Positions 11,194 through 19,774 of a stretch of 64,000 nucleotides of DNA are shown piece by piece. The DNA lies in NCBI RefSeq assembly GCF_000143415.4, contig NW_003314262.1, forward strand, positions 4,586,389 through 4,650,388, given 5' to 3'. Under the pieces are notes generated by a model, which saw nothing but the letters and a program-made list of their open reading frames with translations, did not search any database and was not told the DNA's origin. Source of the DNA: Selaginella moellendorffii. Lineage: Eukaryota > Plantae > Lycopodiophyta. Both the position numbers and the translations under genes were made by a program. Positions within the stretch are counted from its first letter, which is position 1. The number at the start of each line of letters is the position of its first letter.

Positions 11194-14181
11194 CTACTTC
11201 CACATCCAACCATGCACAACATTATCCACCGATATGCTCATGCTGGGATCCCTTGGATTCAGCACCCATCTCTTTTCTAGGCAATCCTTCGTATATCCGG
11301 AACTTGGCTTGAACCACTCCACAGTTACATTGAAAGAGTTAGTTTCCGCATCCTCCTCTGCATCAGTGATGCAGCGCCCCACCCATTTCATTTGTTTTTT
11401 ATTACTAGGTCTGACAAGCACGACCATTCCTTTGCAGACCTGTACTGGATTGAATGCTGAATCCGGCTTCTTGTTCCTCGGCCCACAATAGTGATCCTCA
11501 ACATCGTTATCTGTCACTGCATTTCTAGAGGACATTGTTCCGCTACTATCTGGTGCTCTGGGTTCTGGCCAAAAGGACTCTTCCAATTCTTCATATACAA
11601 CTGGCCCATTTTGGATAGCAGATATAATCTTCTCCCAGTATTCGAGCAAAGGCTTGCACCTCTGAAAATAGGATTCTCCACCAAACACCAACCCCCTCTT
11701 CCAGAAGGCAATATGCTGTCTAATCCCGGCCACTATACTTTCCTGGTCTTTGAGTCCATTCGGGTGCATCGGCCATGGGGAACCCTGAGGAATCATAGGT
11801 TCCCCAGTTATGGGATCTCTCTTGAAGAGTTCAATGCCGTCCACTGGCAGCCACACTGTGTCCCATTCTCTCATCTTGTACCTCATCACTAGAGCACCGT
11901 CACGCATGCTGAAATGAAACTGAAGAGGCTTGGAGTGGCCAATCAGCATTTCGGATCCGTCCCTGATGTAGCCTCTTACAAACCCCTTAAAGTCTGGAAC
12001 CTCTGTCACAAGTGCAGCTTCAACAGTGCCTTTGATGCAATTTTGGAATTCATCGTAGAGTTGTGGGAGGGTGAGGACATTGGATCGCCGGAGGGACTCT
12101 GCCAGGTGACTGAACATGGCATCGACATCTTCATGAGTGTGCCCAACCATGAGAAAGCCAAGTGTAACCGTTTCAAATATGCCTTTGGCAACAAGCATCG
12201 CCAAGTACGCGAAGATGTACATGTTTTTGTTCTCACTGCCAGCATTGTCTGTTTGGAGCAGAAGATGGGGTGGAAGGCCATATCGGCCGCAAGAACTTCC
12301 TTGAGATTCTACTTCGTTTAGATGAGGCTGTGCATTCACCGGGCGACTAGCCTCGTCGGAATGGCATGAGGCCTCACGTGATAACCCTACAATCTGACGG
12401 CCAACATATTCACTGGGATGGCATGGGGCCCCACGCGATACTGCAAGCCTTTGCTCCTCCTCCAGCTGAACCCTGTATGGGGTTCGATCGACAAGGGCCT
12501 TATGCAAGGGTTGGCCGTTCAGCTCAGTCTGCGCACTTTGCAGAGACCTTAAGTGTTTTGCTAGGGATGCAATCATCATGTTTGCACCCCCGCCACCCCA
12601 TAGAGGTACAAAGAAGTTCCCATAGTTCTGGGCACCATGCCCATGAGCGATTATGCCAAACAGAGACACAGGCAGCTGCATGGATGAAGAGATTGCCTTG
12701 GGGGCAGGATTGAGTCGAGGTAAGCACGTCTTTTTCTGGTCCATTTTGTCGTGGATGATGCAGAGGTAAGAGTCAGGTCTCTCCATGGAGAGAATCCTGT
12801 TATGATAATATGTAGTCCTGCAGCTTCTCTGCTCGATGTTGTGGTCGAGCTGCCTTCTAACCAACGTCTCTCGCTCTTGAGTGCTGCAAGAATTCTTCGA
12901 CAAAACCATTTTGATAGCAGTGCACTCGTCACACTTTGAAAAGCTGGAGTACTTTCCTATACTCACATCCCTGAACCTGTTGCTCCACAATCTACTAAAT
13001 CTAGATTGGCTCAGCTTCCTGTAGCCATTACTCTGGAGTTCCCGATTCACATCTTCCAATATGGCCCCCTTGGTATACATGGAAGGGAGAACTCGTTGGG
13101 TGTCTCGTGTTCCATCTTCCAAGAGGCGGGTTTTATGTGGTTGCTGCTCGCTATATGTCTCGACAAACCTTTTGAAGATTGCCTCTCCATATACAACATG
13201 ACCCCTGGTTTTGTACGTACCGTCGTTCCCATGGGCTGCCTGTTGAACCCTTTGTTCCTCGAACTCAGTTTTGATTCTGTAGAATGTGGTTCGAGGGACT
13301 CCATAAATGATTCTCCATGCCTTCATGCAGACCAAACCCCTCTGGAAGACCATGCCCCCCACCTGATGTTCTGAAGCATCAACAGATGACCGTAATGCCT
13401 CATACACAAAATTGCGAGCTGCCTTCCAGGACAATGTCTTGTATCTTGCTCTCTCCTCTTCAATAGCATCCCAATCAGCATGTTGACAGCACCTCTTCTT
13501 GCAACAAGCAACTGTCGAGACCATTCGAACCTCCATCGCCATTTTCTGCCTTTTCGGTTCGTTGCTCAGATCCCTTTGGCTGCGCTTTAGGAAGGTGTAC
13601 TTTCTTTTCCCATGAAGAGATGTTTTGTCATCAATTGTAGTGGTGTTTGATTGTGAATCCTTCACATTCTCAAACACTAAGTGCCTCAATTTCCACCGCA
13701 CAATGCTTCCAATAGTCAGACTGTTTTCTTTTGTGTCAACAACCTCTAAAATCGCAACTCCAATATCATCCCAACCCAATTCTTGATTAGCAACCGCATC
13801 TCTTGGATCGACAACTGTGGCTAAGCCCTCAGCTACCACCTCCCCCTCGGGGTTGTTTAGAAACACCTTTGCCTGAATCCATGTAGCACGGTTCTTAAGA
13901 TCCACGGAGGGAACATGCGTTGCACTTGCGCTGTCCCCAACATCTGCTTTCCTCTGAAGATTTTTCAAGGCAACAACAACATTTACCCCGACAACCATCT
14001 CTCCTCGTTCAATAGCAACCACATTCCTATCGAAGACAGTCTCTACTGATATAGCAGCATTGACTTCCCCAAGCCTTTGACAGTGTATAACAAAGTTCCG
14101 ATCCATAGACACAATGGTCCCTTTTGCAACTCTCTTCCCACCATTCAAAATGTAAACCTTTTCCCTAACCCTGAAGGCCAT
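11194..14181 (-). CDS. DDE/RNase H-fold transposase (Sola1-like) with N-terminal TNP1-like repeats
   Basis: 995-aa ORF. Contains a CDEC zinc motif, CIIHDKMDQ, LQTDNAGSENKN and FLMVGHTHEDVDAMFS catalytic-type motifs, and lies between TIRs. Confidence 0.85.
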   Translation of the reverse strand: MAFRVREKVYILNGGKRVAKGTIVSMDRNFVIHCQRLGEVNAAISVETVFDRNVVAIERGEMVVGVNVVVALKNLQRKADVGDSASATHVPSVDLKNRATWIQAKVFLNNPEGEVVAEGLATVVDPRDAVANQELGWDDIGVAILEVVDTKENSLTIGSIVRWKLRHLVFENVKDSQSNTTTIDDKTSLHGKRKYTFLKRSQRDLSNEPKRQKMAMEVRMVSTVACCKKRCCQHADWDAIEEERARYKTLSWKAARNFVYEALRSSVDASEHQVGGMVFQRGLVCMKAWRIIYGVPRTTFYRIKTEFEEQRVQQAAHGNDGTYKTRGHVVYGEAIFKRFVETYSEQQPHKTRLLEDGTRDTQRVLPSMYTKGAILEDVNRELQSNGYRKLSQSRFSRLWSNRFRDVSIGKYSSFSKCDECTAIKMVLSKNSCSTQERETLVRRQLDHNIEQRSCRTTYYHNRILSMERPDSYLCIIHDKMDQKKTCLPRLNPAPKAISSSMQLPVSLFGIIAHGHGAQNYGNFFVPLWGGGGANMMIASLAKHLRSLQSAQTELNGQPLHKALVDRTPYRVQLEEEQRLAVSRGAPCHPSEYVGRQIVGLSREASCHSDEASRPVNAQPHLNEVESQGSSCGRYGLPPHLLLQTDNAGSENKNMYIFAYLAMLVAKGIFETVTLGFLMVGHTHEDVDAMFSHLAESLRRSNVLTLPQLYDEFQNCIKGTVEAALVTEVPDFKGFVRGYIRDGSEMLIGHSKPLQFHFSMRDGALVMRYKMREWDTVWLPVDGIELFKRDPITGEPMIPQGSPWPMHPNGLKDQESIVAGIRQHIAFWKRGLVFGGESYFQRCKPLLEYWEKIISAIQNGPVVYEELEESFWPEPRAPDSSGTMSSRNAVTDNDVEDHYCGPRNKKPDSAFNPVQVCKGMVVLVRPSNKKQMKWVGRCITDAEEDAETNSFNVTVEWFKPSSGYTKDCLEKRWVLNPRDPSMSISVDNVVHGWMWK

Positions 14182-14348
14182 TCTAAAAGTGCAGAAAAGA
14201 AGTTAAAACCATACAAAAAATGATTGGAGAATGGCCTAAATCATAACATACCAAACAACCTCAATAGCATGAGGCCACATGCCATTATTCAAACATGCTA
14301 TTGACACCCACGTGAAATTTCGCATTCACAAAATTGGCATGAGCCCTC

Positions 14349-17300
14349 ATGCCATTAGTGGTACCAGCTGCTAGCTTTTCATCTGTCAGCTCTAATTGTT
14401 GTGCATTTCTGAACAGGCGAGGAATTGCGTTCTTCTTCCAGCCACTGTCAATGTGGATGCAGAGAAGGGGGAGGAGCTCACCAGTTGGACTTTCGGGATG
14501 GAAGGCGAGGATCTGAGGCTGTACAACACAGATGGTGGGAGAAAAGAATGCATGGGGATCCTCATCCAAGTGACAGACACTCCATGCAGTTCCATGCAAG
14601 AATATGGACTGGCACTTGTGGTAGAGACAGTGTCTGCCTTCAAGATCCACCTTGCACATCCTAACAGCTTCCCGGAGGGGGGCAGCGGCTATGAGGAATT
14701 CCTAGAGGGAGCTAGGGAGAGGTTGTCCAGGAGGCCCACAATTTCAAAGACGCTGCGGGTCTATGAAGATCACATGGAATCCACGGACCTCACCTACGGC
14801 GATGTTCAAAAACTATATTCCAACATTGAGCCGTTGAGAGTGCCTCCAATTCGCGAAGCGAAGGGGAAGGGGGTCGATCTGGAAACTACCCCGAAGCAGA
14901 AAAGGGTGGTCAAGCTCAAGCCGACGTTCGACTCTCCTGCTCAATAAAAGAAGCTACTTGGTGATGCCATTGCCTCGGATTCGAACACTACACCCACCAA
15001 AAATAAGAGCCACAAAGAGCAGAAAGAGCAAGAAAAGGCAGCAAAAATCGTCGCAGATAATAGTACTTGTTACTATTCCAACAAAGTATATACAATCGAC
15101 GTGAGCCGTATCGACATCCAAAGCAAATACAACCACAGGCTAGTATCTGATGAGTGGGTGGAGAAACTGAAGCAGAAGATGCTGGCAAGTCCAGTAACAC
15201 CCGCCATCGCAGACGTGATCCCCTACTACCGAACAATGAAGGGCGAGACGAGGTTTCCAGACTTGATCAATAAGAAGGTGTTGGACGATCAGAACATCCG
15301 GTTCTATGCCGTCTCCGGGCAGCATTCTAGCTTGGCGATGCAAGAGATAGTTGTGGATATTATGATGGGCGAGGAGGTGAAGAAAGTCTTCAAGACAAGA
15401 GTTGTCCACCTGATAAAAGGCAACTCGCCCCTCCGATCTATCATATACATCTCCCACGCGCAGAATGTCAAGCAAGAAACGTGCTACAAATCGGGTCTAC
15501 ACGAGACATTGGCACGAACACGGAAGCTCTGGGTTCAACTGAAGAAGCCACAAAAACCAGGACAAGGACGTGCACTAGCAACTAGCGCCTGGCAGGTAAG
15601 CCTCGTTGCATGTGGCATAGCATGTGGCCTCACGCCATTTCCATTGCAGGAATTCTCGAGTCTTCTCTCGAAAACACTGGGGGTCAATGACACACTCAGC
15701 ATCCATAACATTCTACTCGCGACAAAAGTTGTTTTTGACAAATGGGTAGATGTGCTGAGGAGGTACCATGACGGGGAGTTGCTAAACTCAATGGGTGTGG
15801 AGGACAGCCGGAAGCCCAATGATTTGAAGCTCAACGCCTTGCGTTTCTCGCGGTCTCTAGACGACGACGACCTTCTGACAGTGGCTAATGCTCTTCTATG
15901 TGGTGAGGTAGTCTTCAACAAGACCAAAATGACTCTCGGCAATATTGTGACATACGAGGACTTGTGCACGACTCTGAGAGCTCGTGCGCTATTGAAGGAT
16001 TCGATCTTCGAGCAAGTGGCCGTGGAGAGGGTGAGCATCGACACCACGCAAGAGATGATGGAAGCGCTGGAGTTGTCAAATGAAGACATCGACGAGTACG
16101 TGAAGGGGGCCCCCAAGTTCATCGATCTGCTGCGGGATGCCACGAAAAGTAAAGCTGAGAAGTTGGATCAGTATCCAAATTTCATTAAGAGGGATGTCGA
16201 CCGCCGACTTCAGAAACAGCTCAACCCCGCAGCAGAGGCCTATCGAGAACCTTACCGGGTATACGTGAATTCGGATGAGGATCAAAGGTGGAGGAGCATT
16301 GTTTCCCGCAGAGATGAGCAAGTCAAGAACATCTTTTGTGTGATGGACTTCACAAACGAGGAGATCACTCATGCAGACAAAGTCAGCTCCATCATTGACT
16401 TAATGGTGGGACTTGCGAAGGTGGAATCTTCAGTATGATCTACGACTCCGAATCCTATCACAAGTTCTGGAAAGCCTTGAACGAGGTGAAGGCTCGGTTG
16501 AAAGGCAAGGAGATGCGGGAGATCCATGGGATAATGGCTAAGAAGAAGATACCAACGAATGTCCGCATCTTCACACTCGCCCTTGTTATTGGTCCTGCAG
16601 CAGAGTGGGACTGGAGTGACTTCCCAGCTTCGTTCGACAAGGCCGATCGAATTGATTTGAGGGAGGTCAATTTACCCGTGCCTGAGGAACTGAAGACGGC
16701 TATGGAGCTTTCGAATCCAAAGAAAGAAGAAAGCTCCAGGTGCAGCATGGGAAATGCTCAGTTGGGTCTTCAACGCAATAGCGGGTGGGTCACCTGCTTC
16801 CGACTCCAAGAGCAAATGCATTGTCGAGTACAACTGCGGCGGACTATTCTTTTGAGCCGCACTACTCAAGGGTGTCCCGTGTGTTGCGGTGACAAACTCC
16901 ATTGAAGAGGTGACTTCAATAGAGTATATAATTACAGTTGCCAAAGAAAAACAGTATCTTCTCTGCGAACCTGGTGAGTACGCACTTTAAGTTTAAATGT
17001 TATCTCACAAGCTCTGTATGTAGGAGCGTGGCCACCCCCAGATGCTGAAACGGCATTAACAGCTACTGTTGAAGATACCCATGTTGGGCCGAGCTCACAA
17101 CCTGCACAAGGTAAGGTCACGTGAGGCCTCACGCCATTTTGATTATAGATCATTGTGAATATTCAGACACGAGGACTGAAAAGCACACTGGTGGCGCGTC
17201 GAAGAAGGACAAACAGACAAGCAATAGGAAAAAAGGAGGTACAAATTATATTTGCAATGGCGTGTGGTCTCATGCCATTCCTTGCAGGAGACACTTCTTC

Positions 17301-17948
17301 AAAGGCAAAACAGGCAAGCACCAGCCAAGCTCAAACTGACAGTGGTCATAAAAAGCGAAAGCACATTGGACAGTCGTCGGGATCAGAGGCGTTTGATTCG
17401 AAAAGGAAGAAGGGCAACGAAAAGATGATAGGTAATGCCTCGCGGTTATGGCGTGTGTGCTCATGCCATTCATTGCAGATCAAGGGCTGAGTGAAAGCAG
17501 CCAGTCACCACCTCCTGACTCAGATTCCTATAGCGGACTCCCCTTCCCCAATCTCAATGGAGAGGTACAATGGATGAGGGATGCTTTTCAAGTCAGGGCC
17601 ATGTTTTTCTCATCTCGTCGTCTTTGAAGGGTGCAAGAACGTGCAGAAACCATGTTAAGACAGTCGGGTGAGGATACAGTCCTAGATCATGCACTAAAAC
17701 AAGCTATGGATGTCTTGTATTTTGAGATGGAGACTCGGCCAGATGATTTTCCCAAGATGGTCCTGGAAGAACAAGCCATCCAGCCTGAGCAGCCTATGGA
17801 AGAAATGCAGGAGGGGGATGAGGAGCCAGAGAAAGATAATGAGCAGGAAGAGCAGAAGGACGAAGAGGAGGACGAAGAGGACTTGGATGGTCCTCACAAT
17901 GGTGACGATCACAATAACGACGACGAAGATGATGACGACGATGGCTAG
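14349..17948 (+). pseudogene. Transposon accessory gene, 5' part: ParB/Srx-like domain, degenerate N4/N6 methyltransferase-like fold, acidic region
   Basis: ORFs 14396-14947 and 15101-16438 are in frame across a single TAA. Contains the ParB-like FYAVSGQHS motif, frameshifts at ~16435 and ~16725, and the segment CIVEYNCGGLFF*AALLKGVPCVAV. Short GT-AG introns at 15596-15649, 16974-17023, 17111-17148, 17239-17287 and 17432-17478. Confidence 0.6.
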
Positions 17949-18279
17949 CCTGAGGTGGCCAAAGAGCAGCGGAGGAAGGTCATACAAGACAAACCATCAG
18001 GTAAATAATAGTACATCCATTCCTAACCTTTTACCATTTCTAACATTGTCCATGTAGGTCGCAGAGCAAATGGTAAGTAGAGATTATTCAGTTGAATTAA
18101 GATACAAACTCTAGCCTTTAGTGTCGAGGAAGGATAGTGCCAAGCAAGGGTCGAAACGTATGTCCAATCCTTTAGAATCAGCAGTGCGCCCAAGTGATAT
18201 CGGTCCTAGTTCCTCAATAGCAGTTGATGGTAAATACAGTATAGTCGATTCAATGTGCTAATGAGTTTGTTTTTAGTAG

Positions 18280-19774
18280 CCAGTAGGGAGGATACCATCT
18301 CAATCGAAGGGAGATATTTGGACATGCATATGGATCCGCCAGTGGACTCTACTTGCCTGCAAGAGTCATCAGAGCTGGTGGAGGCTACTATCCATATCAA
18401 TGCCAAACAAGCTGACCATGCTCCACTTGATGCTGCCCATACCACTGAGTCAATCTTGTCCACGTATCCAACTGACGGTGACCAGGCGCCATTGGACCCG
18501 CATGAGGCCGCCCCAGCCGCCGAGCCGGTCGTATCCTCATTTCCAACGGACTCAACGTGTGCCCAATCGTCTGACTACGCGCCGTTGGAACCTCCCTACA
18601 CCGCCCCTGCTGCCTGTTCGGTCATGTCCACTTTGCCAACGGAGGCACCAGCTGAAATGGCGTGTGATCACATGCCATCGGAACCACCCCATGCCACTAT
18701 TGAGCCAGTTGTACCAAAGTCTACAGCTGAAATGGCATGTGCCCACACGCCATTGGATGCAATTGACCCCACATGGCAAAGGAGAGTATTTCCGCCCTTC
18801 ACGTTTCCTCGACTAAAACCCTCTCAACAACCATCGGGAGCACCATTCGCTAATATTGTAGATGGTAAAATTGACTTGTACCATTTTTTATGCTGACGCA
18901 TTTCATTTCAGAGTCACGGCAAAGGTACTGTATCGTTTTTGATCTAAACGGTGTCCTTTTCTCCCATGAGCGTGGCTCGTCCTCGAATGTCACTGCACCC
19001 TCCAAAGCCTGCAGTCGCAAGTTGGTCAAAAGAGACAGATTCACATTAATCACACGGGAGAAACTGCGGGATCTAATAATGACCATGCGACACTTAAAAC
19101 AGAGGGCCGGGTTCAATTTGCAATTGGGAGTTTGGACATCCATGATGCGCCACAATGCATTAACGTTGCTACAGATGATGCACGATCAGACGCGAGTAAT
19201 ATTACCATTTGACTTTCTCCTAACGTAGGAGGATTGCTTGACTATGGTCCATGTGAGGGGTAGCAAGCCCATCTTCGTCAAGCCAGAGGCTGTAGTGATG
19301 AACCGGACTGCTAGGTCAAGTGAAATCCTCATCATCGATGACTCGCCGATTAAAACTACAGCGAACATGCACACATATGCAGTGCACCCCATCTCTTGTA
19401 GTATGGAAACTAGGGAGAAGAAACCGTATGTTTTGGGGGACCTTGCAAAACGGCTTGGAGCGATGGTGATAGAGAACCGGCCAGTCCAAGAGGTGGCTGC
19501 AGAAATCAACCAAATGGCAGATGAAACGGTATATCAGAAGCCATTTGATCGGACAGACACCAGTCATCATTTATGGCATGTATATTGTCTAGCCAAGCAC
19601 TATCCGCATCTCCATAATCTGCTCAACCGGATGGGTTCTTCAACCACTGAACATGAGTGTGGACGTATTAGAGAAGAGATGGCATTACTATTGGGTTTAA
19701 ATCCTGATAGTGTGGAGAGTGATGAAATTCCAAAATTATTGTATAGGCGTTGGAGGCAAAAAATAACAGTCTGA
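18280..19774 (+). pseudogene. FCP1/NIF-type HAD phosphatase-like domain preceded by a Pro-rich region (probably the 3' part of the accessory gene)
   Basis: Motifs CIVFDLNGVL, GVWTSMMRHNA, KPIFVK and ILIIDDSPIK..N..AVHP. Intron 18865-18911 joins it in frame to ORF 18255-18896. Internal TAG at 19226-19228. Confidence 0.75.

Noticed and set aside
15140-16372. Long minus-strand ORFs (e.g. 15535-16143) opposite the accessory gene
   Set aside because: Antisense shadows of the plus-strand coding region, with no motifs.
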